64,000 nucleotides of DNA from Malacoraja senta (Eukaryota), in NCBI GenBank assembly GCA_038087875.1, contig JAXLNO010004626.1, forward strand, positions 1-64,000, written 5' to 3'. Of the stretch, positions 12,229-24,261 are shown one piece after another. The translations under genes were made by a program, and so were the position numbers. Position 1 is the stretch's first letter, and every line of letters begins with the position of its first letter. Below the pieces are notes generated by a model that worked only from the letters and a program-made list of their open reading frames with translations, ran no database searches and had not been told where the DNA came from.

Positions 12229-13299
12229 TTATTTCTGTCTTTCAACAATCGTTTGGGCATATTTGAAAGCGTCTTCAGGCTTAACAAATGACTTTTCAAG
12301 ACCATTAAAAGAAATACGCATTTTAGCGGGATAAAAAACCCCGAATCTGACCCCTTCTCTCCCTCTTAAAAGATCTTTAACCTTATCAAATTTGTTTCTT
12401 TTTTGCACAATTTCATGTGGGTAGTCCCTGAATATCTTAATAGTGTCTTTGTCCAGCCGTAATTGTACACCATATTTGATATGGGTCATAACATATTCCA
12501 GTTCTGCAGTATCTCGAAATTTCACTATAATATGTCGTGGATAAGCTTTTCCCGCATCAAATCTTTTTCCAAATCTTGGGACACGATGAGCCACTTCGAT
12601 TTTCGGTTCCTTGGGAAGATTCAACAGTTGTTTCAACAAGCCCATGGCAAATTCACGTACCTGTTCCCCTTCTGCCCCCTCTGAAACACCAAGAATCCTC
12701 AGATTCTGGCGTCTAGAACGAGCTTCCAGGTCCAGGCATTTGAATGAGACTTTCTCTAATTGAGTCCCCATTTGTAGTGATGCTTGTTCGTTTTCTCGCC
12801 TCATTTGCTCATGTTCTTGCCTCAGTTTCGCCATGTCTTCAACAAGTCGTGCCGTATTTTTCTCCAATTCCGTGATTGTCTGCATACTTGCAGCTACTGT
12901 TTCAAGTACAGCCGTGAACTTATCCGTAGTAATTACATCCATCTTATCCATTTTCTCTGATAGTCCATCTTTCACCTCATCAATTCGTTTATTCATAGTG
13001 TCCAGTAAATCCGTCATATTCTTCTGGTTACCAGCATTTAAATCCTTCATCATCTTCTGCATTCCTTCCATCATTTTTGCCGAATTTTCCTTCATTTCCT
13101 TCTTATCTTCCACCCTATTATCCGAGATCTCATCTTTCAAATTTTTCATTGATTTTTTCAAGTCATCAAAGTCTTTCTTAGATCTTGTATCCATTTCTGC
13201 AGCCACTTCAGAGACTTCAGAGGTAACTTCAGTTTCGAACTGTTTCGACAGTTTATTCACAGCTCTCTGAGGGCTCACAGCTGGAGTCAATTTACTCAT
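12229..13299 (-). CDS. L1 ORF1p (coiled coil plus RRM/CTD), 356 aa, intact
   Basis: DLEARSRRQNLRILGVSE, AHRV, PRHIIVKF, IFRDY, FGVFYPAKMRI motifs. Confidence 0.92.
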   Translation of the reverse strand: MSKLTPAVSPQRAVNKLSKQFETEVTSEVSEVAAEMDTRSKKDFDDLKKSMKNLKDEISDNRVEDKKEMKENSAKMMEGMQKMMKDLNAGNQKNMTDLLDTMNKRIDEVKDGLSEKMDKMDVITTDKFTAVLETVAASMQTITELEKNTARLVEDMAKLRQEHEQMRRENEQASLQMGTQLEKVSFKCLDLEARSRRQNLRILGVSEGAEGEQVREFAMGLLKQLLNLPKEPKIEVAHRVPRFGKRFDAGKAYPRHIIVKFRDTAELEYVMTHIKYGVQLRLDKDTIKIFRDYPHEIVQKRNKFDKVKDLLRGREGVRFGVFYPAKMRISFNGLEKSFVKPEDAFKYAQTIVERQK

Positions 13300-13998
13300 T
13301 TAAAGGGCTTCAAACCACCGTTTAAAACATCGCGTTTAACGATGACGTCATCAGCGCGGTAACCAGAAGCTCCGGTAAGGTTTTTAAAAACAATCCCGAT
13401 TTTCGGACCCGTTTTACACGATAAATCGTGAAGTTTTTCGGGAGAGGAGCTGGGTGCACGTCTGTTAGTCTAACATGACGCCACCGGAAGTCTTCTTGAC
13501 AAACTCTAATGAAGAGATATCCAATGGTATAGTTTGGGATGCTTTTAAGGCATATATTCGTGGACAAATTATTTCATACTCCGCGGGATTAAAAAAACAA
13601 ACACAAAAAGGAATACGCACATTGGCTGACGAGATTAAAGAAATTGATAAAAAATATTCAAAAGCTCCTAGTTTAGAGCTCTATAAGAATAGAGTTGAAC
13701 TTCAATTGAGATATGATTTGTTATTAGTATCACCGATTGAGAACCAGTTGCTTAAAACCAAAAGTAAATAGTAAGATTAAACGAGAACTTACCTAAGTTT
13801 GAAGTTTGATCTTTATTTTATGAGGAGTTACGTAGGTGATTACGTGAAGAAGCCCGTCAGTGCGCCTGCGCGTCAATCTTCAAAGCAGCGGTGTGAAATC
13901 ACAAAAAACAAGAACCGAAGTAATATAGTCTCATACTAAAACGAGTAATACAAGAACTTCCATCTGACCTTTATGATAGAGGGTAGGGTCGTGGCGGG

Positions 13999-14112
13999 CA
14001 CGTAATCACCTACGTAACTCCTCATAAAATAAAGATCAAACTTCAAACTTAGGTAAGTTCTCGTTTAATCTTACTATTTTACTTCGGAGTCACGTGAGTG
14101 ACTACGTGAAGA
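13999..14112. repeat. DIRS1 internal complementary region reproducing the circle junction (CTTACTA|TTTTACTTCGG at 14076/14077)
   Basis: 13999-14076 is the reverse complement of the terminus at 13769-13846; 14077-14112 is near-identical to the reverse complement of the terminus ending at 18548. Confidence 0.92.
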
Positions 14113-14280
14113 TTTTAAAGCTTTGTGATTTCATGCCGTGGATCAATCCCGGCTTCTCACTGCATAGATTGACTCAAAACGAGAAAAATCAATCATGCAT
14201 TCATAATAACATTTGTACCACAAATGCAGTAATTCATTTCAATAATGAAATTAATCAGATCCCCTTTAAACCAGAGGAAT

Positions 14281-15260
14281 TTACACAGAACTTAAAATAG
14301 TTTCTGCAAACAACCCCGCATTAACAATAGGCCGATGGTAAAAATGTTGAAACATCAACTCATTGGACCACCTGGCGGCTGCGAGGATATGGTCGACGGG
14401 GACGTCTTTTGCCCTGGCCGCCAACGTTTCTGCTGCCCTAGTCGAGTGAGACGTAAAAACATAAGTGTTAATACCAGCAGCTGTTAAGACTTCTTTTATC
14501 CATCTGGAAATAGTCTGTATTGAAACTCTCTTGTGTGGTTTCTTGTGTGTGATCAACAACCCAGTTTCCGTATTCTCAAATTCTTTGTGACCTCAATGTA
14601 TTGTAATAAATATGTCTTAATACAGAGACATGGATCATTTGGATATGCTGCTAGCATAATTTTAAATCCTGTCACACCTGGCCTAATTTACTTTAGTAGG
14701 TCATAGATATAGAATGTAACTTTGTCTTCAGTTACTTCCATACTGTCTATTTGTAATTTTCCAAGTGTTTGCACTCGTTGTGCTGTCACTCATGCCATAA
14801 GCATGAATACTTTCATACTGAGCTTAACCAAAGGTAAAGACACACTTGATGACCATTCACGAAGTAGTTTCAGTACCAGACTTACATCCCAGATTGTCAA
14901 GTATCTAGGTTTTGGTGGTCTGGAATTAAAAATTCCTTTCATTAGTCTGGAAACAAGTGGGTGTGACCCAATTGGGTTTCTTTCTGAATCCAGAACCAAA
15001 TATGAGGATAATGCACTTCTGGCTGAATTAATTGCACTATAACCCAGACCTTTATCATAATAAAGTTTTGACAGAAATTCTACAACATCTGAAATATTTA
15101 CAGTACTATATTGCACATTTTCCTGTACACAAAATTCTTCCCATTTCTTAATATAAGAAAGGTACTGTTTTTGAGTGCTCTTCCTCCAGGCTGCCGTAAG
15201 CATGTTGACAGTACGCTCAGACAGTCCTCGCCCCCAAAAAGGCCTTCTTAAAACCTGCAA
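14281..15260 (-). pseudogene. DIRS1 tyrosine recombinase, disrupted by a stop near 14790 and a frameshift
   Basis: RKSTQKQY, YSAINSARSALS, HSTRAA, AARWS, FQHFY motifs in ORFs 14790..15260 and 14281..14559. Confidence 0.88.
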
Positions 15261-17386
15261 ATCAACAAACCCAAACGATCATATAATGGATGTTGTTCCC
15301 CTGTTACAGGGTGCAGCAAAAGATTCTTTCTTTTTGGGACTTTCATCAATTTTTGTGATGTCAATTCTAATATCAATGGATACCATGGTTGTGTAGGCCA
15401 ATCTGGCACTACTAATACCCCTGAAGCAGCATCTTGCCTGATGTTAAGCAAACATCGGTTTATGAGGCAGAAAGGTGGAAACATATATGAAAACATGCCA
15501 CCCCAATGTAGCGAGAAAGCATCAATCGCCACTGCTCCTGGATCTGGTTCCCATGACACATATCTCTCTAGCTGATGATTCAGCCTAGATGTGAACAAGT
15601 CGATGTCTGGCATTCCAAATCTGATTACTATATCATTGAATACCTCTTTATTCAACATCCATTCTTTATTATCATGGAAGTTTCGTGACCTGGTGTCTGC
15701 TATCGTATTCATTCTACCTGGTAGATGGATAGCTGAAATCCAAATATTCTTTTCAATACACCAAGACCAAATTTGATTAGCCATTTTGTCACATGACACT
15801 GACTTGATTCCACCCATATGATTAATATAGGCAACTGCTGTTGTGTTATCAATTTGAACTTGAACATGCTTATTAGTTGTATTAGAACAGTAAGCTTGGA
15901 GCCCATAGAAACATGCTAGAAGCTCCAAATAGTTAATTCCCCATGTCTGCAGTAACAATGACTCTTCCTGATTCCATCTGCCACCGCAGCTAGATGTTAA
16001 GTCAGTTGCACCCCATCCTGGTGCACTGGCATCAGTTTGTAATATCATGGAAGGTTGTTCAATCAGCACTTTGCCTGAACTGCTTGAGACATGTAGAATC
16101 CACCACTGCAGATCAGAAACAGCATTTGTTGTTAGTTGCATGGTTCTATCAAAGTGACCAACATGCATTCTCAGTGCCTGTTCTTTAAGTCTCTGCAGCT
16201 GTTGATAATGTAATGGTCCAAATTGGACTGCTGGGAATGCTGCTACTAACTTTCCCAGTACACGAGCCACCTGCCTAATTGAAGGTTTTTGCTCGTTTAG
16301 GAGATTACTGCAATCTTTAATCAAATCCCCCATTTTTTCCCTGGGCAAAGTAATATTCATGTGGACTGAATCAATTGTGAACCCCAAATAATTAATAGAG
16401 GTGCTGGGTATTAACCTTAATTTCTTTGGATGAATTAGAAACCCCAAACTTTCAAAAGTTGATTTCACAACTGCAACAGATGCTTCTGTTGACTGTTTTG
16501 TCTTTCCTATAATCAAAACATCATCCAAGTATGCCATCAGTACATGACCTTGGCTTCTCAGCAAGCCCAGAATTGGTTTAAACAATTTTGTGAATATTCT
16601 GGGTGCAGACGTTAACCCATTAGGCAGAGCTTTGAACTGCCACAACTGGTTCATCCATTTAAATTTAAAATATTTCCTATCTTCTGAATGAACAGACACT
16701 GAATAATATGCATCTCTCAAATCTATTGTTGCCATATAACATGCTTCTGAAATAAGCTGTTTGGCAGTCACAAATGTCTCCATTTTAAAATGTCTAAATT
16801 GCACAAAAGGATTCAGATTTGTCAAATCTAGAATAATCCTACATCCTCCATCCTTTTTTGAACGAGGAAATATATTTGACACAAATTGGTGACTTTGGTA
16901 GACTGATTTTTCAATAACCCCTTTTTTATATAGGGTTTCAATTGCAACCTGAACCTCCATCACTTCTTTTTGTACAAAGTGGAGAGTTCGGCTAGGAACA
17001 TGCTGAACAGGCAAATCATAATTTGGATTGAATTCAATTCGAAATCCTTGTATATTATTTAGGATTACCACATCTGAAGTAATTTTCTTCCAGTTATTAT
17101 AGAAGAAATGTAACCTGCCTCCAACTTTTGGACTCAATCCAGTTATTATGTTCCCATGAGAACCAGGTCCACCTACCTCTTGACTCATTTGAGTAACTTG
17201 AGATTCCTGGATTCTCCCGGAAGCACGACCACTCGTTCTTGCTCCCGCTGCAGGCCGCCAACTACGTCCCTGCGTTGATGAGCGACTTGGGCCAGGATCC
17301 GTATGACGTCTGAAAGGATACTTCCTCTTTACAGACTTCACAACCATTGATGTCTTCATCAATCCTGTTTTCGCTTCATCTTCCAA
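15248..17386 (-). CDS. DIRS1 pol: reverse transcriptase, RNase H and DNA adenine methyltransferase-like domain, 712 aa, open
   Basis: RIILDL, IDLRDAY, LPNGLTSAP, YLDD; TDAS...INYLEL...DNTTAV...ADTRSR; DLFTS...DAF...FPPF...VVPDWPTQPW. Confidence 0.93.
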   Translation of the reverse strand: MEDEAKTGLMKTSMVVKSVKRKYPFRRHTDPGPSRSSTQGRSWRPAAGARTSGRASGRIQESQVTQMSQEVGGPGSHGNIITGLSPKVGGRLHFFYNNWKKITSDVVILNNIQGFRIEFNPNYDLPVQHVPSRTLHFVQKEVMEVQVAIETLYKKGVIEKSVYQSHQFVSNIFPRSKKDGGCRIILDLTNLNPFVQFRHFKMETFVTAKQLISEACYMATIDLRDAYYSVSVHSEDRKYFKFKWMNQLWQFKALPNGLTSAPRIFTKLFKPILGLLRSQGHVLMAYLDDVLIIGKTKQSTEASVAVVKSTFESLGFLIHPKKLRLIPSTSINYLGFTIDSVHMNITLPREKMGDLIKDCSNLLNEQKPSIRQVARVLGKLVAAFPAVQFGPLHYQQLQRLKEQALRMHVGHFDRTMQLTTNAVSDLQWWILHVSSSSGKVLIEQPSMILQTDASAPGWGATDLTSSCGGRWNQEESLLLQTWGINYLELLACFYGLQAYCSNTTNKHVQVQIDNTTAVAYINHMGGIKSVSCDKMANQIWSWCIEKNIWISAIHLPGRMNTIADTRSRNFHDNKEWMLNKEVFNDIVIRFGMPDIDLFTSRLNHQLERYVSWEPDPGAVAIDAFSLHWGGMFSYMFPPFCLINRCLLNIRQDAASGVLVVPDWPTQPWYPLILELTSQKLMKVPKRKNLLLHPVTGEQHPLYDRLGLLICRF

Positions 17387-18375
17387 CTCTTTAATACGTC
17401 TCCCGAGATCTCTCCAAAGAGTAAGTTGGGTAATTGTATATTACTTGGTTTGCTGAGTGCTGCGAATTTTGGATTCATAGTAGGCCGTATAACACTTTTC
17501 CTCAGACAGTTGACCTCGAAGTGGGAACTGCATAGCAATCCTAGTGCTTCCTGATGTAACTCCGCCAAGTCTTGGCTTTTATCTGCTATTCTGGCAAAAG
17601 CAGTAATTCCAGAACCCAGAAGCTTTAATATTCTCTGCAATTTTAATTCTTGAGTTCTCATAGTCATACTCAATTGATTCCAGATGATTTGATTCACTGC
17701 TGGTGCTTTCAGCAACACACAGTTGCTTGGAGTCTCATGCTTCTTTGCAGTATCATCCATCTCCTGCTGTTCCAGCTGATGCGAAACCAAGTAATTTATT
17801 AAGGAGGCCAGCTCATCTCCTAGCGGCTCTCCTGACCCTGACGGGGCAGCGAAGCGTACTGCCAGTGGTGGAATATCTGGTATCTGCAGTTCTTCACCTT
17901 GTATAGCCTCACCGTCAGAGTCGGGGTCTGAGCTCTCATGACCCATAGCACTCTCCTCATCCCTGAGGGTGCATTCCATCAGCCCTGTGCCAGGTGCTGT
18001 TAGACTGCTTCCAGCAGCTGGTATTTCAGTACTCTCTGCGAGTGTACTTTGCTCCAATAGCCTGTGCAGAAGGCTTTCCATCTGGCTAATACGCACAAAA
18101 GCAGTATCTAGCCCTGGAGCTTCCATTGCCTGGGACTCCTCCTCCGTCGGCCGTCTGGATTTGAACTTGGCCTTTCGCCCGACAGGCGCTGACTGAGTTT
18201 TCATCAGCCCCAGGTCCACAGTCGCTATGCTCCCCAACGGCGACTGTACCGGGGTTAGAGGTGGCTGGCTTGTACCCGGAGATTCCCGACTTTCTGCCGG
18301 CTGAATCGCACGCCTCTTTCCCCTGCCCGTTTTTTCCATGGCGTCTGTGGAAAAAATCCCATAGACCCACAGCAA
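17359..18375 (-). CDS. DIRS1 gag-like ORF1 (likely true start MEKTGRG; 3' end possibly frameshifted)
   Basis: Position 5' of pol; homologous fragments in the second DIRS copy at 48676-49533. Confidence 0.75.
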   Translation of the reverse strand: MLWVYGIFSTDAMEKTGRGKRRAIQPAESRESPGTSQPPLTPVQSPLGSIATVDLGLMKTQSAPVGRKAKFKSRRPTEEESQAMEAPGLDTAFVRISQMESLLHRLLEQSTLAESTEIPAAGSSLTAPGTGLMECTLRDEESAMGHESSDPDSDGEAIQGEELQIPDIPPLAVRFAAPSGSGEPLGDELASLINYLVSHQLEQQEMDDTAKKHETPSNCVLLKAPAVNQIIWNQLSMTMRTQELKLQRILKLLGSGITAFARIADKSQDLAELHQEALGLLCSSHFEVNCLRKSVIRPTMNPKFAALSKPSNIQLPNLLFGEISGDVLKSWKMKRKQD

Positions 18376-19830
18376 ACGGACCTGGAAATAGTTTAAAAAG
18401 TGTTACTTACCTTGTAGTTGTAAAAACTACAAACCACTGGAGGAGCTCCGCTCCTCACGTTCGTTTGCGTCAAGGCGTCTGACGTAATGACGCGCAGGCG
18501 CACTGACGGGCTTCTTCACGTACTCACTCACGTGACTCCGAAGTAAAATTGTATATAAATGGCTAAAAATCTGGTAAATTACTTGCTAATCAATTGAAGC
18601 AGTGTTGGCCAAGCGTCAGATTACTAAAGTGAGTAAACGGGATGGTACAGTAACTGTAGACCATGACGAAATTAATAAATCCTTTCAGGAATTTTATACC
18701 TCCCTATACCAATCAGATTTTCCTACTGATTCCAATATAATGCATGAGTTTTTAAAGAAACTGAACTTACCAAATTTACCATACAATGAGTCTCTGTTGT
18801 TAGATGAACCCATCACGGAAGAAGAAATACAGAAAGCAATTTTTTCAATGAATTCTGGTAAAGCTCCCGGTTTAGATGGGTTAACAGTAGAATTTTTAAA
18901 GTATTTCTCAAATTTATTGTCTCAATGGCTATGCAAGGTATTTAAAGAAGCCTTTTTTAAGGAATAGATTACCACAATCTTTTTATGAAGCTTCTATTTC
19001 TTTAATTTAAAAAAAAGATAAAGACCCTACTGAAGTGACATCATATAGACCTATATCAATGTTAAATGTAGATTTTAAAATTCTTTCAAAAATATTACCT
19101 ATGAGATTGGAAAAGATTTTACCGCAAATTATCTCTGAAGATCAGACAGGTTTTATTAAAAATCGTTACATTCTTTAATGTTAGGAGATTAATAAATATT
19201 GTATATACAGCGTCTAATAAAACCCCAGAATGTGTCATCTCACTTGATGCCGAGAAGGCTATTGATAGAGTAGAATGGAATACTTATTCAATATACTTGA
19301 AAAAGTTAAGATTGGTCCAAAATGTATCTCTTGGATCAAACTGCTATATCTTATACCTCAGGCTTCTGTATTTACTAATAATCAGAGATCCCCTTTTTTT
19401 CAGGCTCTTTCAAGGTACTAGACAGGGCTGTCCCTTAAGTCCTTTACTATTTGATATTGCTTTGGAAACTTTAGCCACTGCTATTAGGGAATCCCCTAAT
19501 ATTTTTGGTATTGTCCGCGGGAATAAGACACATAAGATATCTCTTGATGCAGATGATCTGTTATTATTTATTTCTAACCCTGAGAAATCTATTCCAGCAA
19601 TAGTAGCATTACTTAATCAATTCAGTAGTTTTTCTGGTTATAAACTAAATCTTAGTAAGGGTGAGCTTCCCCATTAAATAATTTTGTTTCGAGTTATGGA
19701 CTGTTTCCATTTAGATGGACTACCGAAAGTTTTACTTATTTAGGTATTAAGATCACCAAGAAACACAAGGATTTATTTAAAGCTAATTTTATTCCTTTAA
19801 TTGACCATATTAAACATCAGTTCACTAAAT

Positions 19831-21195
19831 CGGTTTACTGCTTCCTCTTCCAGTTTGACCCGGTCACCCCTACTGAAATCTCCAAACGCATCAGCTCTTC
19901 CAAACCCACTGCCTGCTCCCTTAACCCTCTCCCCACTCCCCTGCTGAAGTCCTGCCTCCCTGCTCTCTGCCCCTACCTCACTAATCTTTTCAACTCCTCA
20001 TTGTCCCAAGGAATTGTCCCCTCTGCTTTCAAAACTGCTGCTGTCACACCAATCTTAAAGAAACCTGGTCTTGATCCCTCCTCTCTCATTAACTAACGCC
20101 CTATCTCAAACCTCCCCTATCTTTCAAAAACCCTGGAGTGTATCGTCGCGTCACAACTTCATTCCCACCTCCTCGCGTATAACCTATTCGAACCCCTCCA
20201 ATCTGGCTTTCGTCCCCTCCATAGCACAGAAACTGCTCCCCTGAAAGTCCTCAATGACCTCCTTACCTCTGCTGACACTGGCTCCCTCAATATCCTCATC
20301 CTCGACCTGAGTGCAGCCTTCGATACCATCAACCATAACATCCTGTAACAAAACAGAATTTCTCCTCATTGGCTCCAAATCAACACTCACTAAAATTAAC
20401 AACCCCACTCTCATTATTGACGGCACCATTGTCTCCCCATCTCCTCAGGCCCGCAACCTTGGCGTGATCTTTGACTCAACCCTCTCCCTTGAGCCTCACA
20501 TCCGCCATGTTGTCAAAACATCATTTTTTCACCTCCGCAACATTGCCAAAGGCAGATCCTCTCTCACACCCCCCGCTGCTGAAAGACTCATCCATGCCTT
20601 CATCTCCTCCCGACTGGACTACTGTAACTCACTTCTCTTTGGAATCAATTCCAGCAGCATCAACCGACTCCAACTGGTCCAGAATGCAGCCGCTCGACTC
20701 ATTACCCACACCAAATCCTGGCACCACATCACCCCAGTTCTCAAAGAACTTCACTGGCTTCCCATTTCCCACCGGATTATCTACAAAATCCTGGTCCTCA
20801 CCTACAAAGCCCTCAACAACTTGGCCCCCCCCTTATCTCACTGACCTCCTCTCCCCCTACCAACCCTCACGGTCCCTCAGATCCACATCAGCTGGTCATC
20901 TCTCCACTCCGAAATCAAACCTCTGCACTTTTGGAAGCAGAGCCTTCTCCAGGGCAGCTCCCAGGCTCTGGAATTCCCTCCCAAAACTGGTCCGAAATTC
21001 TGAGTCCCTCACCATCTTCCAGTCCCGCCTCAAGACCCATCTCTTCATCTCTGCATACCCTTAGTCCCATGTTCCCCTCCCCTTTGCATCTCTGTCTTAC
21101 TGCTCTATTTTGTTTTGTTTATTCCTGACTCTCAATGTAAAGCGACTTTGATTCCTGAAAAGCGCTGTATAAATAAAATCTATTATTATTATTAT
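19831..21195 (+). mobile_element. 5'-truncated, internally deleted L2 LINE inserted in L1-C
   Basis: YRPISNLP-like, [30 protein letters not shown] motifs; L2 3' end with (tat)n tail; TAAAT at 19826-19830 and 21196-21200. Confidence 0.9.
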
Positions 21196-22897
21196 TAAAT
21201 GGTCACCAAAGTCCTTATCCTTAATTGGCCGAATCAATGCTATTAAAATGTTCATTTTACCTAAATTTCTGTATATATTTCAGACGATACCAATTTTTAT
21301 TTCCAAATCTTTCTTTGATATTATAGACTCTAAAATTTCTTCATATATATGGCAGAATAAAAATCCCAGACTAGGTAAAAAATACCTACAGAAATCAAAA
21401 AAAGTTGGTGGTTTGGCATTGCCGAACCTTAGACTCTACTATTGGGCAGTCAATGTTCGTTATTTAACATTTTGGACAAAAGATTTAGAAGATACCTAAT
21501 GCCCTGGATGGATAAACCTAGAACGTGATTCCTTACAAGGGCTATAATTGGCTTCTATTCTAGGGACCTCGTTACCTTTTACAATTATGAGATTGAATAA
21601 ATATATGACTAACCCAATAATAAGACATACGTTCCGAATACGGTTTCAATTTCGTAAGTTTTTTGGACTATCTGATTTCATCCAAATTTCTCTTCCAACC
21701 ATCTAGTACTGATCAAGTTTTTTTGTTATGGAAGAGGAAGGGATTAGTAGCTTTTCGTGATTTGATTTTGGAGGGTTGTTTTATGTCTTTCGAACTCTCC
21801 AATAAATATAACTTACCTACTTCACATTTTTTTTGATATTTACAAATTAGACAAAAGGAACTATTCCTTTTTCCGCTACCACATCAACCCGAAATTTGGG
21901 AATTTTTTTTACAGTTGAAGCCTTATCAGAAAGGATTAATAACGACTATTCATGAGTTGATTTTAAAATTACAAATAGATACATTTGATAAAATTAAGAA
22001 TGACTGGGAATGAGAACTCCAAATTTCTTTATAGAGAAATGGGAGAGGATCCTTCAATTAGTTAATACCTCTTCAATGTGTGCAAGACACGCTTTGATAC
22101 AATTTGAGGTGGTCCACAGAGCTCATATGTCAAAAGATAAGTTAGCTCGTTTTTCTGGTCATATAAATCCTACCTGTGACAGATGTAACTCTGAAGTGGC
22201 ATCACTGACCCATATGTTTTGGTCCTGCCCTCTTTTGGAAAAATATTGGAAAGAAATTGTTGATACTATTTCGGTAGTCTTAGGTATAGATTTACAACCT
22301 CATCCTATTACTGCAATTTTTGGGTTACCAATGTTAGATTCTATTCATTTGTCCCACTTCGCCCATCGGTTGATTGCTTTTACCACATAAATTGCCAGAA
22401 GATTTATTTTCTTTAAATGGAAAGATTCCAACCCTCCGACCACACTCCAGTGGTATTCTGAAACGATATCATGTTTAAATTTAGAAAAAATCAGGTGACA
22501 TTGTTGAACCCTTGGTTAAATTTGATAAGACTTGGGGAAAATTTATTGAACACTTTCATACAACATAAATTGATCCCTCTTTAACCGTTATAAAAATTAT
22601 TTTACCTTCATAGGGTGGAACGGACTTGACGACAAAGTCAGATTCTCAGTTCAGATTCGGTTTTGCTCCGTTTTGTTTGTTTTATTTATTTATTTTATTT
22701 TTATTCTTATTTTATTATTATCAATTTTTAAAAACTTTTTTTTAGTTTAGGGGGGTTTTGTTTTTTCTTTTTCTTTTTGTCTTTTTATCTTTCCTTTTTT
22801 TTACATTTATGTTTCCTTTTAAAGATTTAACTATATTTACATAGAGACCGAGAGGTCTAAATTCATTGTGTATTTTGACACTGGTCTCATATTAGTT

Positions 22898-24098
22898 TAT
22901 CTGGACTTTCAGAAGGCTTTCGACAAGGTACCACATAAGAGATTAGGATACAAACTTAAATCACACGGTATTGGGGGTTCAGTATTGATGTGGATAGAGA
23001 ACTGGCTGGCAAACAGGAAGCAAAGAGTAGGAGTAAACGGGTCCTTTTCACAATGGCAGGCAGTGACTAGTGGGGTACCGCAAGGCTCAGTGCTGGGACC
23101 CCAGCTATTTACAATTTATATTAATGATCTGGACGAGGGAATTGAAAGCAACATCTCCAAGTTTGCGGATGACACTAAGCTGGGGGGCAGTGTTAGCTGT
23201 GAGGAGGATGCTAGGAGACTGCAAGGTGACTTGGATAGGCTGGGTGAGTGGGCAAATGTTTGGCAGATGCAGTATAATGTGGATAAATGTGAGGTTATCC
23301 ACTTTGGTAGCAAAAACGGGAAGGCAGACTATTATCTAAATGGTGGCCGATTAGGAAATAGGGAGATGCAGCGAGACCTGGGTGTCATGGTACACCAGTC
23401 ATTGAAAGTAGGCATGCAGGTGCAGCAGGCAGTGAAGAAAGCGAATGGTATGTTGGCCTTCATAGCAAGAGGATTTGAGTATAGGAGCAGGGAGGTTCTA
23501 CTGCAGTTGTACAGGATCTTGGTGAGACCACACCTGGAGTATTGCGTACAGTTTTGGTCTCCAAATCTGAGGAAGGACATTATAGCCATAGAGGGAGTGC
23601 AGAGAAGGTTCACCAGACTGATTCCTGGGATGTCAGGACTTTCATATGAAGAAAGACTGGATAGACTTGGCTTATACTCGCTAGAATTTAGGAGATTGAG
23701 AGGGGATCTTATAGAAACGTACAAAATTCTTATGGGGTTGGACAGGCTAGATGCAGGAAGATTGTTCCCGATGTTGGGGAAGTCCAGGACAAGGGGTCAC
23801 AGCTTAAGGATAAGGGGGAAATCCTTTAAGACCGAGATGAGGAAAAACGTTTTCACACAGAGAGTGGTGAATCTCTGGAACTCTCTGCCACAGAGGGTAG
23901 TTGAGGCCAGTTCATTGGCTATATTTAAGAGGGAATTAGATGTGGCCCTTGTGGCTAAAGGGATCAGGGGGTATGGAGAGAAGGCAGGTACGGGATACTG
24001 AGTTGGATGATCAGCCATGATCGTATTGAATGGCGGTGCAGGCTCGAAGGGCCGAATGGCCTACTCCTGCACCTATTTTCTATGTATCTATGTATCTA
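22898..24098 (+). mobile_element. 5'-truncated CR1 with open RT half, inserted in the L1-C 3'UTR
   Basis: ORF 22868..24001 ([10 protein letters not shown] to GY*); (ctatgtat)n tail. Confidence 0.95.
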
Positions 24099-24261
24099 TA
24101 TACCTGTTATTAATGTGTTTAATCCTGATCCCTATGTATCAATACCATTGTTATGTTTATCATTATTCTTTTTGCTCTGTTTTTTATGTTTTATTTTTGT
24201 TTTTGTTTTTTGGAAAAAAAACAATAAAAAAATTGTAAAAGAAAGGTACTGAATAAAAAAG

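Larger units (their letters stand above)
9140..13491 (-). mobile_element. L1 family A copy 1: full 5' and 3' ends, internally deleted ORF2, 16-bp TSD
   Basis: TSD CTTCTTGACAAACTCT at 9124-9139 and 13492-13507; T-rich tail at ~9140-9175; 5' end GACTTCCGGTGGCG; ORF1 and ORF2 present. Confidence 0.95.
13769..18548 (-). mobile_element. Full-length DIRS1-type retrotransposon with inverted terminal repeats and internal complementary region
   Basis: 35-bp perfect inverted core at 13841-13875 and 18488-18522; ICR 13999-14112; gag, RT/RNaseH/MTase and YR ORFs; no TSD, host L1 frame rejoins across it. Confidence 0.95.
8040..24250 (+). mobile_element. Degenerate host L1 (family C): spacer plus ORF2, split into five pieces by nested insertions
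   Basis: ORF2 ATG 8309 (LSWNVNG, NVYAPN, DFN, IDY, ISDH); continues 13508-13768, 18549-19830 (GKLLANQL, KAPGLDG, RQGCPLSP), 21201-22897 (LPNLRLYYW, CDRC...HMFWSC) and ~24099-24250 with AATAAA/A-rich end. Confidence 0.9.

Noticed and set aside
15248-15620. Methyltransferase-like domain as a novel enzyme
   Set aside because: It is the known C-terminal domain of DIRS1 pol
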